The notes under the pieces were generated by a model that saw nothing but the letters and a program-made list of their open reading frames with translations, made no database searches and was not told where the DNA came from. The translations under genes were made by a program, and so were the position numbers. Shown here one piece after another: positions 45,623 through 63,558 of a stretch of 64,000 bases of DNA (position 1 is the first letter of the stretch; the number at the start of each line of letters is the position of its first letter). This stretch comes from the human T2T-CHM13v2.0 reference genome, Homo sapiens, in assembly GCF_009914755.1 (NCBI RefSeq), contig NC_060935.1; one strand, written 5' to 3'.

Positions 45623-45950
<328 letters not shown>

Positions 45951-46194
45951 TGGGAGGCTTTCTTTAAAGGAGGTGGAGTATGTCCCTGTTTATATGCTGA
46001 ACGGACATTCACCCCAGGCTATGGGTGGAGCGCTGGGCAAGGAAGAGGTGAGAGGAGAAAATGGGGCTCAGATGGAGGAAGGAGGGTCCACAGGAGCGGA
46101 TAGAAGGAAGCGGAGCTCCCTTTGCCCAGTGACACGGCAGTCAGTCCTCTCCAGCTGACATTGCCATGTGGGAATGTGGGCTCAGTGAACATGA

Positions 46195-46537
<343 letters not shown>

Positions 46538-48039
46538 AGTCTCCTGATTCTTAAATGTTTGCAATTACCTCCAAAAAACAGTTTCATTTTGGTACAGGCC
46601 AGAAACATGGCTACGGCCCACACTGAGCCAATGACCCCTCCACGTAGCTCCCTATGACCCAGGATTTCCATAGCCCACAGTCACTCACTTCTTCCCCTCC
46701 AGCTCACCCTCCATGTGGGCATCTCCCTCCTAGGAGGCCTGAAAAAGACTTTCCTTTAGAGGATCAAAAAGACTTTTTCTACACTCTGGTAGATCTTCCA
46801 CTAGGAGTAGATTCCAACCCTTTAATTCTGAGTCTTTGGTTTCTGCCCCACCCTGGCTTCTGGGTTTAATAGGTACTGTCTTAAAAGAATGTGGATATTC
46901 CACGGCAGCCCTCCCTATGAAGAAACGCTTGAGACTCCTTCTGAAGGAGTACGTAATCCTTCTGTAGTAAGTGCATTTCCTATGGGCTTCTCACAAAGCT
47001 GAAAGAAGAGTAGGGTTTGAATTTCCAGGCCCAGGAGAAAGAGGGGCTGGGCTCCTGGGGTCCTGAGCCATATCCTTCCACGTGTGGCTTCCACAGCCCA
47101 GGCAGGCATGCCCATCTGTGATAAAGGGTATCATTATCATAATCAAGGTCATCCGTCTTTCAGTCCCCATCACTTCTCTCACCTGCATTTGGGGTGGAGA
47201 CTGAAACTGCCCCGGCTTGGCTGCTGGCTTCCTTCTGTTTGTTCTGGTCTTTGCATTCCAGTGCTGATGGCTGTGGTGTGTTCTAACAAGGATAAAGATT
47301 ATCACCAGGTCACTCATCAAATCATCCAATCAATGAGCACTTTTCAAATGCCTACTATGGGTGTATAAAATACCAGAGACCCCACGTTTACCACTACCAC
47401 CCCCCAACACACCCCAACCCAGCCCAAGCTCCACCATTGCCTGGAATCTCTAGCTGTAGAGAAGATAACAGAGAATCTTTAGAAGACAACTGGCCTAAGC
47501 TGAAGGACAGCCCTTTGTGAAAGCCCGGGGAATCTCACACAAAGGGGACAATGCTATCTCCGGTTCATCCACCCACCAGACCCAGTCATTCTCCTCAAGG
47601 GCTTTGCAAGGACAGAAGGAGAGAGATAAGGTACAACTGAACACTGAGGAACAATGTGTAAGAAAGGAGGGTTTTATTGTGGGACCACAGCACTCATCGG
47701 TTACTGCCCTCTGGGTATCTTTTCTCCAACAGCATTAAGCTGGATACTGCGGGGCAGGGGTTCCGATCACTAGATTCAGCTCCACTCAGAGTTCCTGATG
47801 CCTTACACAGTAGATCTCCAATCAGAGGTCGCTACCATCTGTGGGGAAGGGGAGTGTTCCCATCAAGAAGGAGAGCCCACCTGGCCATGGGATTCCCTGA
47901 CCAATAGCAGGATTCCGTCTGGCAGCAACACTGAAACCAGTTCGTGGAGAACTATGGTTGCCATCAGTGTTTTCAACGGGTTACTCTTTTCATGTGTTTG
48001 CCCAAGTCTAACACCATCCCAGGAAATTACTCTTCCCAG

Positions 48040-48337
48040 CAGGATGCAGTGGCTCACACCTGTAATCCTAGCACTTTCAGAGGCTGAGGCAAGAGGATCA
48101 CCTGAGCCTAGGAGTCCCACACCAGCCTGGGCAATATAGTGAGACCCCCACCTCTACAAAAAATAAAAAATAAACAAAATTAGCCAGGTGTGGTGGCACA
48201 CAACCGTAGTCCCAGCTACTCAGGAGGCTGAGGCAGGAGGACTGCCTGAGTCCAGGAGGTCAAGGCTACAGTGAGCCATGATCACACCACTGCACTCCAG
48301 CCGGGGCGACAGAGTGAGACCCTGTCTCAAAAAAAAA
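48040..48337 (+). mobile_element. AluJ
   Basis: J-type dimer. Confidence 0.92.
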
Positions 48338-48439
48338 GGGAGATTGCTCTTCCCCAGGGGATAGTAACCCAAAGGTTACATGAAAGGATTGAATCGGGAC
48401 CTTCAGTTTCAAACAGATTAAATTTCTTTTTTATTTTCT

Positions 48440-49220
<781 letters not shown>

Positions 49221-49394
49221 CAAATGGTGAAATTTCTTATTCATCCTTCCTTCTTACAGGTGAACTATCTTCCCTGTTCCGAGCTTTCAGGAGGACTGTT
49301 GGGGCCACTTAAATTTTTCCTCCCCATAATGAAGCAAATTCTTCATTAGAGTTTTCTAGATGCTGAGACAATAAATTATTTGTCTTTGTCTCCG

Positions 49395-49520
49395 AGAGCT
49401 TAGCAGTGTCCCAGGCATTCTGGAAATGTTTGTGGCTTGGATAGATGAATGATGAGTGATGAAAGAATGAATGAGTGGTGAATAAATGAATGAATGAGTG
49501 GTGAATAAATGAATGAATGG
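49395..49520 (+). mobile_element. L2 3' terminus with (TGAA)n tail
   Basis: cttagcagtgtcccaggcat...tgaatgaatgagtggtgaataaatgaatgaatg. Confidence 0.6.
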
Positions 49521-49854
49521 TGTAAGAGTCTTTCAACTGAATGATATTTGCATTTCTCTAACAATCGATGGCATGAAAATTTCCAAGGTTCTTAAAAACT
49601 GCACATAGATTAATCCCATCTCACTGATTCTTCTTTCTTCACAAATTTTTAAAATTCTAATAATAATCAGATATAAATTATTTTACAAAAACAATCCTGT
49701 CTTTCCCAGAAAAAGTTTGGTTGAGAAATTCAGCATGTGATGACTCTTCTTTTTATTTCAATTGTTCAGTTTCTAGTTATAAAATGAAACTCAGAATAAG
49801 TCCAAATAACCACAGAAGGAAGGAATTTTTTTTTAATTTAGAAACAAAGATTGA

Positions 49855-50710
<856 letters not shown>

Positions 50711-50901
50711 ATTCATGTTTCATAGCATATATTAGGAAATATGAAAGAAGGAAAAAAAATCCAAGCCAAAGTTGCCAGTATATTCAAGATAAGAAGTTAT
50801 CCTATAGAAAGCATGGCTTTCACCTAAACATGTAGATTACCTCACAGTGTCCTGTTGTAATTCATTGCCAAAACTAGAGTGCTTTAGAAATAACAGTAAT
50901 A

Positions 50902-51525
<624 letters not shown>

Positions 51526-51965
51526 AATAACGTTAATATTACTAAAAGCAAGCAAAACAAAGATTCTATAGTAGCTGGACTAAATAAAGGAGTAGGAAAC
51601 GAGTTCAGTTACTATTCACTTTAGAAAATGAAACAATCAAATCATTAAGTAAATGGTTTTCTGATACAAATACAAAATTAATCTGAAACCATTAAAACAA
51701 GTCACACTGCCTTAAAAGTCCTAGGCTCCCTCTGAAAAGTGAACTTCAGGAAAAAGCCATTATGAAATCTAGCCATCCTAGGTGCTGTTGCAATTCAATC
51801 ACTAGAGATTAATATTAAGATACTCTATGAGTCTAAACTGTACGGAAATCATCAAGCAGGGAGAAGGAAAATCTTGTTAGTAACAAAGAACTATGCCTAG
51901 AGAAAATTCTCAGGGAGAAAAATTCTTCCACAGCCACCACTCTGATGTAATCTTGAAAGCAGGTT

Positions 51966-52249
<284 letters not shown>

Positions 52250-52250
<1 letters not shown>

Positions 52251-52364
52251 AGAAAGAAAGAAAGAAAGAAAAAGAAGAAAGAAAGGAAGGAAGGAAGAAA
52301 GGAAGGAAAAGGAAGGAAGAAGGGAGGGAGGGAAGGAAGGAAGGAAAGAAAGAAAGAAAAGAAA
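52250..52364. repeat. (GAAA/GGAA)n polypurine tract from the Alu tail
   Basis: About 115 nt of A/G only. Confidence 0.92.
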
Positions 52365-53129
52365 ACAGAGGTTGAGAAAAATAGAAGAGCAAATGACATT
52401 AAGGTGTGGGTGGGAGAAGAAAATTGCCAAGGAATTAAATGGTATAAAATATAAAGTGTTCTTAAAGCTTTTCCTTTTAAAATGTACTTATCTGTGGAAA
52501 ATATTATACTGAGTGATGCGTGGGCCTTGAAAAGATTAAGGCTGGATCCAGACTGCGGTATCATTCCTGAGGTACAAGGAAAAGGTTTGAAGATGGGCCT
52601 GATATCATCAAAGCCAAGCACAGGTCAAAACCAACAACTGCTAAAGTGTTCTGAGCTGATCAAAGGAGGAATCCAAAGGCCAGTGCACCATGCAGCCTGG
52701 GACTGAATGATTGGCATTGTCATCTCGTCATTCCAGGACATGACCACTATGTGGCAGGAAAGGATGTGGCAGAAGGGCAGGCTATGGCACCAAACAACTC
52801 CTTGAAGCCACTCAAGAAAACAGAGGATAAGGAAGGGAAGGGGGAGGTCACTCCCCTGAGGCCCTCCAAGGCCCCAGACTCTCCCATTTCATATCTAAAA
52901 GTCATGGTGAAATGGGTGGAGAAAAGTGATACACAACCATTCCTATCAAAAAAGGTGGAGACATGATTACGCCCTTTATGTAAAACAGTTACTAAGTAAC
53001 AGAAGACATAGCATTAAATAGCATCATTACGACATATCTGATTATGTTACTAGTGTGAATCACTCACAATTTCCTGTCCAAGAGAGAGCTGAAATTTTTA
53101 TTCTAACAAGATCATAGAAACTGGTAATA

Positions 53130-53830
<701 letters not shown>

Positions 53831-53855
53831 AATGGCATACTAAGATTACACTAAA

Positions 53856-53895
53856 TGTAATTATAATTACACTATATAGTGTAATTATAATTACA
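53856..53895. repeat. 40-bp perfect AT-rich palindrome
   Basis: tgtaattataattacactat|atagtgtaattataattaca. Confidence 0.95.
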
Positions 53896-53926
53896 CTATA
53901 TGGTGTAATTAAAAATTGAATCTTTG

Positions 53927-54260
53927 GGGCCAGACATAGTGGCTCATGCCTATAATCCCAGTGCTTTAGAAGGCCAAGGTGGGAGGATCGCTTGAGGCCA
54001 GAAGTTTGAGAGCAGCACGTGAGCAACATAGTGAACCCAGACTCACTCTAAAAAAAAAAAAAAAAGAAATTTTTTTTTATTAGCTGGGCATGGAAGCTGT
54101 GCCTTTAGTAAGAGCTACTCAGAAAGCTGAGGTGGGAGGATCTCTTGAGTCCAGGAGTTCAAGGTTGCAGTGAGCTGTGATCATGCCAGTGCACTCCAGC
54201 CTGAGTGACAGAGCAAGGCCCTTCTCTAAAAAAAATAAAATAAAAACAAAAAACAAAATA
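53927..54260 (+). mobile_element. AluJ
   Basis: J-type dimer. Confidence 0.92.
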
Positions 54261-54364
54261 AATAGATCTTTGGAAATGTTGGCTCTAAAAATTTCCACCT
54301 GTCCAACAGAATATTCATTAGGATTGAAAGTACTTTACCAGCTGTGATTACTTCAACAAGGGGA

Positions 54365-54470
54365 GGTTCATTATTCAACAAATATTTATTGAGCATCTAC
54401 TGTGGGCCAGGCACTGTTCTAGACTCTGGGGATATATTAAAAATCCCTGCCTTCATGGAGCCTATATTCC
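54365..54470 (-). mobile_element. L2 3' end
   Basis: ttcaacaaatatttattgagcatctactgtgggccaggcactgttctag. Confidence 0.85.
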
Positions 54471-54717
54471 AGCGGACTTTATGGCCTCTCTTCCGCCTCG
54501 CTTCTCCCACTTCCTTTGGTGGGAGTGGTCTCTGGAAGACAGGCATGGGCATGGGGAGATAAAATATGCCCGGAGGCAGGGGCATGACGTAGATGAACTC
54601 TGACCATGTCTTCTAGGCCTGGGAAAGAGGAAAAGATAGAAAGGGTTTAAGGCTTTAGTGCAGACCCATAGCATCCGACTGGCCTCTCACTAAACATCCT
54701 CTGTATCTGTTCAAACC

Positions 54718-55015
54718 TGCCAGGCGCAGTGGCTTATGCCTGTAATCCCAGCACTTTGGGAGGCCGAGGCGGGTGGATCACCTGAGGTCGGGAGTTCGAG
54801 ACCAGCCTGACCAACATGGCGAAACCCAGTCTCTACTAAAAATACAAAAAAATTAACTGGGCATGGTATCGTGTGCCTGTAATCTCAGCTATTCGGGAGA
54901 CTGAGGCAAGAGAATCGCTTGAACCCGGGAGGCGGAGGTTGTAGTGAGCCAAGATCGCACCACAGCACTCCAGCCTGGGCAACAGAGCAAGACTCCATCT
55001 CAAAAAAACAAAAAA
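54718..55015 (+). mobile_element. AluS
   Basis: Full dimer. Confidence 0.95.
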
Positions 55016-56387
55016 CCAGCCGCACAAGTTGAGCTGTCGGCAGCTGCGCAGCTCCTAGCCACTCCTCCATCTCCTGGAGACTGTGAACCAAGCCACAAAG
55101 GGGAAAGGGGTGTGGCCGAGTGCTGGTGGGGCTTAGGAGCTCCTGGCTCCTCTGGGATGCCAATGAGACTTCCCTTCTGGCATGAGGCCACGTAGAATGA
55201 TGATGGCTGAGAGTGCAGCAGTAGGAGGACAGAGGATAGCTGGTAAAGGGAAAGTGAGTAAGTGGAAGGAAGTCCATGTAAGAGCTAACTGTGCTCCATC
55301 TGGGCCAAAATGGGGAGATCACATCTCCCTTCAGGCGTCATCTGACACCAGACCAAGGCTCAGCCAAGCTTTTCTGTGCTGGAAAGCCAGAAGCCAGGAA
55401 GGAGAGCCTGCTGCTCCTGGGTGCCCTCACTTTCCAGTCCTCTGCTCCTCTGTCCCCCACACCAGACTACCTGGCTCCAGCTTGCTTCTTGTCTAAGCTG
55501 AACAGAATAGAGAAGAGGGCAGGTGAAATGCCTCAAGACAGGCCTGGCATGAAAAAGTGGAACTTAGTTTGTGGCTTACCCAAGAGATTAAACATAGTCT
55601 AGTTGTATCCACGCAATTAAGATGGGAAGGTTAAGGATCCTGTATTCCAGATCAATCTGCACTCACAAAACGAGGACCGTAGTAAACGCAAAGGAATGAC
55701 TCAATAGTAGCGAAATTCAGACATCCTTGACAAGCCAGTAGGGGAGATATTTCAGGCTAGGGCAGCCTCACCTGAGGCCTTCAAATCATACTATAAAGGT
55801 ACCTGGCTGCCCCACCTGAGCCCAGCCTAGCCAGCTTCCCAGCTATGTCAGTTCACACAGGTGCTAGAAGGCTGGGGTAATCTGATTGGCCCAGAGAGTC
55901 ATGTGTGCTACAGAACACTACCTTCGTTAACGATCAGAGTCAGGTTTGAACCTGTTCCTCCCAAACCTACGTGCTGTCCCTCAGAGAGCCCGATGATGAC
56001 ACACAGGGCGTGGTATGTGGCTCCGAACCTCCCCAGTGACTTAAAAAATCCAAGTGGGTTTTAAATTGCTGCTCCCAGTTGATCATACCAGAAATCGAGC
56101 TATAGAACCGCCTCAACATCATTTTTTTTCTCCCACTTTGAGCTAAGTGAACAAACTGGGAGATTTCTGCCTCACCACTTTACATAGTAAATAATCCTTT
56201 CATCTCCCCTTTGGCTGGGAAGAGCTTACTCTGTGTGGACAGGGAACCAGCAGAAGCCTCTATGTCAGCTGAGTTTTGAACAAGGCAGCGTTGAGCTGGG
56301 AATGCTCACTATCAAGTTTTTTCCCCCTTGACAACTGGATGTGGACATTGCTCAGACATACTGTATCACATTAAAACATACAATTCT

Positions 56388-57121
<734 letters not shown>

Positions 57122-57949
57122 CTACTGCGCTCACATGTCAATATATCACAGCCAAGTGCTGCCCAGCAAATACACAGGGCTTTGTCTCATTCTGCAGCGC
57201 TGGACGCTGGCCACGGAGCCACTGTTGCTGTGTCTGTCAGGCTCAAAGAGAGCGGTGGGGCAGGCAGGGGGCATGGGGCAGTTCGCTGCAAAGACAAAGC
57301 CAGCCCCGCATTGCTGCAGGTGGGAAACACAACCCTCCACATCCCAGCCAGGCTTTCCAGGTCAAAAAATTCTCTAGGAAGGAAGGGAAGGAGAACAAAA
57401 GAATAATCAAAAGCCACACTTCCTAGACTTAAGCAGTGAGAGACGTTTCAGATGCCAGCCACCCATTTCGGACCAAACTGGGCAGATTTGGGGTGTCTTC
57501 TCCTCTTCCACACCCGAGCACTCCTTCACTCCCTCTTCCTCAACTTCCTGCCCCAAGCAACACCCTTTTTGCCGTTCTTGCCACCCCACCTTTCTTGGGC
57601 TTCAGGTCCTCGACTTCAGAGTCTCCAAGCTTTTCCTCTGCCTCCTTTCCCACCCCAGCAGGGCAGTCCTGGGGGCTGGAATGGTGTCAATTTGAGAAGT
57701 TTGCCAGCCAACAGGGCACAGAATTTAGCTGAATTCACACTCAGCAGCTCAAGGAAAGCAGCCAAAGTGCAAAACTTCAGCAACCGTTTATTAGAGAATG
57801 TTTATTTTGTTTTGTTCTTTAACTTTTGTTTGTTTTTACCCTAAGTACAGGCTAAAACCTGAGAGATCAAGAAACTAAACAGTAATTGACAGAAGGAAAA
57901 TTGGAGCACCAGTCGCTGAGGGGAAGTGTATGAAGTGATCGGTTAGTGA

Positions 57950-58330
57950 TAAGATGGCTTATCAAGTTTCTGCCACGTGCCATGTGCCTGGCCGTGTGCT
58001 GGAGACATAATGATGGACAAGCATACTACTTCTCACTCACAGAGCTGACAGTCCGGAGCAAGAGGCAGACAGACAAGCCATTGGCCACTAATATTTTAAT
58101 ATGAATAGTGCTAAGAACAAAAAAGTACAGAGCAACATGAATGCGTGAGATAGCTGGGGAAGATGGGGAGTATCCAGGAAGGCTTCCAGGAGGAAATGAC
58201 CTCTGAGCTGAAACCCAAAGGATGAGGAAGAAAAGCCTGCATGAAAGCCAGGTGCTGGAAAGAGAAGAGTATGTTAAAAGAGTACTGGGAAGAGCTGAGT
58301 GTGGCTGCAGAGGCCGGCTTGAGACTGCAG
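57950..58330 (-). mobile_element. L2 remnant
   Basis: ctcacagagctgacagtc...ggaaggcttccaggaggaaatgacctctgagctgaaacc. Confidence 0.75.
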
Positions 58331-58630
58331 AGGCTGACAGTAGCTAAGTCAAAAGCAGAGACCACCAAGTGCTCCCTGGGCATTGGCTGGAGTATGAAAA
58401 GGCTGAGACATGTAGTGTTCGGAGCCACCTCCAAGACCTTTTTTTCCCTGTGTGAACCTATGTACAGTTCACGCTGGCTTACTGAAGCATTTCTGTCCAA
58501 CTTTTAATTCTCCATATTCCGTGAGAGTTCAGCAAATGCTCATAAATACAAAACAATCAACAGTCCAATCCATGTCAGAGTAGAGTGAGTGGGGGACACG
58601 CCCTGACTCCCATGTTTTTTCCTGTCCTTA

Positions 58631-59060
<430 letters not shown>

Positions 59061-59292
59061 AGTGAGTGTTTGCAGAACATGCAGAGTGGCCTTTTTACCT
59101 GGGTTGCCGGCAAGGTCTGGACTCACCATCCAGTGGCAAGAACCCGATTAATCCAAGGTGTTTATTTCCTTTTGATAAACAGTAACATGTGATTTTCCAT
59201 TTTTAGACACAATAATTACTTCAAACTAAGAGCAGTCACCAAAATCAGTACTTAGAGGGAGTGGTTTTCCTTCATAAGAGGGCAGCAGCTCA

Positions 59293-59678
<386 letters not shown>

Positions 59679-59824
59679 GTCTTAGATATGATTCAAGAGA
59701 CACGCAATTTTTGGAAAAACATGATGTTTAAATAGCGTGAAGGACAAAAAGCCTAGCATCCCTGCCAGGCCCCCCAGCAAATTTACCCAGAGCTTATCCC
59801 ACCTGGGGCTCCTCCCTCCTGCAG

Positions 59825-59870
59825 CTAAATTCCTAGAATTTATTTTCTAGGAATTTTTCTAGGAATTTAG
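59825..59870. promoter_or_regulatory. Three TTCCTAGAA (STAT GAS / BCL6 consensus) motifs within a 14-bp inverted repeat
   Basis: ctaaaTTCCTAGAAtttattTTCTAGGAAtttTTCTAGGAAtttag. Confidence 0.5.
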
Positions 59871-59979
59871 ACAATCCGCACTGGCTGCCTCCACTCTCTC
59901 ATCTGACTTCCCTATCTGGCTGAAGGGCCCACTTGAAATTCAAGTTGTGAGCCGAACTTGCAATCTTACAAATAGAAAA

Positions 59980-61356
59980 TGCCCTGGCGTTATTCTTGCC
60001 TGCCTGCTCACATTCCAGCCCTCCCCACCGCCTGGCCACCGAAGACAGAGGACAGAGGCGTGGTTGGCAGCCACGCGCCCTTGAGGAGACCACACACCTA
60101 GGTAAACACTGGCTGGAAAGACCCAAGGTTGTCAAAAGCCTCCCCTTTCACCTGGCTGGGGCTGGGGAACCTTAAGGCCAAAACTCCTCCACATAGGGGT
60201 CAAGCGCCCCTGCCCCACCCCCTACCCTGCCCCCTGCAGCCCAGCATCCAGAGGATGTCAGGAGCTCCCAGAGGAGAAAGCAAGGCGGTACCACGCTGTT
60301 TGTGAGGATGGGCTAAAAGGCTCTGCCGTTTCAAAATGCCCTAAGCTGGCCTGCTGATGGGCCTGAAATAACCACGTGAGAGACCCATCCCTCAGGGTCT
60401 AAAAGCTCTCTTTTTAAATGTAAAGTTTCAAAAGCAATAACATATATGACGCTGACACTCTCCAGGACCTTAGTTTCTCAGGGTACAAAGCTGTCATTTG
60501 AAGGAAGTCTGGATAAAGGGGAAAGCGCGCAATGAAAGGCCAGTGTTTGGGCATTGGGGACCCACTAGGGTAAGGGGTGAGGTCCCGTGGCCACCCCTTG
60601 GGAGGTGTATACCTGGTCTCAGCAGCTTCCCGACAGCCCCCCAGGGTCTTCTTTCCCACTTGCTCGCCCCGTCTTTGCTCCCCTCTGTGTCCCACGCCTC
60701 CAACCCAGTCTGCGGGCACATGGCTCACAGCAACCCCAGGGGATAAAAATCTGCCTAGCAACGGGTCATGAGGCCCAAATATGGCCTGGCGATTGACAGT
60801 TCGGCCAATGGGGTGTGGCCACAGATGCTCTCTAGAGACCAGGGTCTCATGCCCTTGATTCTGAGGGCCCCGGGCTTGCTGGATGGGGGTTCACCAGGTA
60901 TCATCCCGTTTCTGGTTGGAGCAAGGGACCTTGCCTCGCTATTGAAAGCGCGCTGCTTTACTTCGATTGTAGGTTTGTTTGGAGTGCCAGGAGGGATTTA
61001 TGGAGACAGGGAGCGGGGCTAAAGTCCCCTCGAAGTCACCCTTTGGCACTGTCCTTTCTCCCTGTGAGTCCTCTCCCTCTTTTTCTTTCCTTCCCGCTCC
61101 ACGCCCTTCAACGCTCCCTGCCGCTCATTGCAAGCCGCCGCCCTTCCCTCCCCCTCGACCTAGGGCTTTGCTCCTCCCCTGCTGCCTCCCCCGACACACC
61201 TCCCCCTACTCTCCACCCGCCCCCAGCAGGACCCCTGGCCACACTGTCAGCCTCTGCCCATCCCGGGCTCTTTCTCTCGTTTCCCCCCTTAGTTTTCTGC
61301 TTGCTTTCTTCTTCTCCAGCTCCCCATAATCTCCGGAATGAAGAGCAAGCGGTCCG
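59980..61356. promoter_or_regulatory. CpG-enriched unique region, candidate promoter-flank/enhancer
   Basis: About 1.4 kb free of Alus with retained CpGs (aaagcgcgc twice, gccgccgccc), C-rich tracts and a G4 motif. Confidence 0.45.
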
Positions 61357-61705
<349 letters not shown>

Positions 61706-62604
61706 AGAGCCAGTGGTCTGAGCTTGAGGACGCCCGAGTTCCTTCCCCTTGGAAGGGTGTCGGGGTTTGTGGGGTCGGGGGAGCTGCTGCATCCCACCCA
61801 GGAGGCCAGGAAGACTGAGATCCTTCTACTCACACCACAGATTGTTGGCAGGTTCTCACTTCGGGCTAAAATCAGCCTCGCCCTGCAGCCAAGCAGGGCC
61901 GGCAGGTGAGGAGATACAGGGGAAACTGTCAGGGGCAGGAGCAACTTTGTTCCACCCAAAATTCCTCCCTGCAGCCCCCTTGCATTTTCAGGTTCTCCCC
62001 CCAGACAGGAGGCTCAGCCCCTCAGGGCCCCAGCTGGCCAGAGGGTTGTGCCTGGCCTGCATTTTCCTAGCTGCAGGGCAGCAGGACGCCATGGGCTTAG
62101 CCAGGGCTGGGGGCCTTCCAGGCTGTGTGGGCCGGGTGGTCTGGGACCAGTGGGTGGGGCTCGTTACAATTCAGATGATTTGATCATAGTTTCTCCCTTG
62201 TTTATTATTATAGTGGAAGAGTGAAGACTCAGGAGAGGAAGGACCCAGGGTGGCCCGGGGCAGGAGAGCCTCGGGAGGGACTGACAGCAGCCAGGAGGCT
62301 GAGCCTGAACCCTAAACCCTACTCCCTCCTCCCCAAAATGGGCAAATGGGTGTATGTCCCAGTTTTTTCCTTTCATGGCTGGACCTGAAACCAGCCAAGC
62401 TGCCTGGCTTTCAGGTTTCATTCTGAGTTCGTCCCCCTTCTCTTGCTCCCTGGCCTGACCCTGCTAAACCTCCCACGCACACATCTCCACTTCCACACTT
62501 TTATTCCCCGGTCCTTCTGCCTGGAATTCCCTCCCCCCACTCCTCTCCAAACCTTGAAATAGTTATACACTGTTATTAACAGTCTTCCTGGTACCAGAGC
62601 AAGC

Positions 62605-62830
62605 AGAATGCTATTAAAAGCATGGGCTTTTCAGTCAGCACAGACCCCCGTGTGAATCCTGACTCTGCTGTTTGCTAGCTGTGTGACCTTGGACATCCTG
62701 CTTAACTTCTCTGAGCCTCAGTTTCTTTGTCTGTTAAATGAAAAAAATAATACCCACCTCATGTGGTTGTTGTGGAAATGAAAAGAGAGAAAGCATGTAA
62801 AATACATACACAATGCCTCACACAAACTAA
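62605..62830 (+). mobile_element. MIR
   Basis: gctgtgtgaccttggacatcctgcttaacttctctgagcctcagtttc. Confidence 0.9.
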
Positions 62831-62839
62831 GAGTATATA

Positions 62840-63315
62840 AGAATAGCTAACACAGTATTTACTATATGCTGACCACATTATGTTAATTTAAATCATCCTC
62901 CCAACAAAGCTGTGAGAGAAGAACCATATCATCCCTGTTTTATAGATTTAAAAAACAGGGCTGGGGATGCGGGCTCACACCTGTAATCCCAGCACTTTGG
63001 GAGGCCAAGGCGGGCAGATCACTTGAGGTCAGGAGTTTGAGACCAGCCTGACCAACATGGCAAAACCCCGTCTCTACTAAAAATACAAAAATTAGCTGGG
63101 CGTGGTGGGCACGCCTGTAGTCCCAGCTACTCAGGAAGCCGAGGCAGGAGAATCCAGGAGGCAGAGGTTGCAGTAAGCTGAGATGGCACCACTGCACTCC
63201 AGACTGGGCGACAGAGACTCCGTCTCAAAAAAATAAAAAACAAAAAACAAAAAACTGAGGCACAATGAGGTTTGATAACTTGCCCAAGGTCACGCAGCTA
63301 GGAAATAGCAGAACT
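62840..63315. mobile_element. Antisense MIR interrupted by a sense AluS (62959-63254)
   Basis: catccctgttttatagat, resuming aaactgaggcacaatgaggtttgataacttgcccaaggtcac. Confidence 0.88.
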
Positions 63316-63394
63316 GATAACTGATATTATTATTATTCCCCTACTGGATGGTAGGCTCATTGAAGAAAGGGGCTTTGCACATAATAATGGGGGT

Positions 63395-63558
63395 TTTTTA
63401 ATTTGTTTTTTGAGACTGGGTCTCGCTCTGTCATTCTGACTGGAGTGCAATGGCACAATCACAGCTCACTGCAGCCTTGAATTCCTGGCCTCAAGTGATC
63501 CTCCTGCCTCGGCCTCCCAAAGCATTGGGATTACAGGAGTGAGCTATTGTGCTGGGCC
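63395..63558 (-). mobile_element. Alu monomer (left-arm 5' part joined to right-arm 3' part, J-like)
   Basis: About 160 bp; cccaaagcattggg left-arm start with a right-arm end. Confidence 0.88.
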
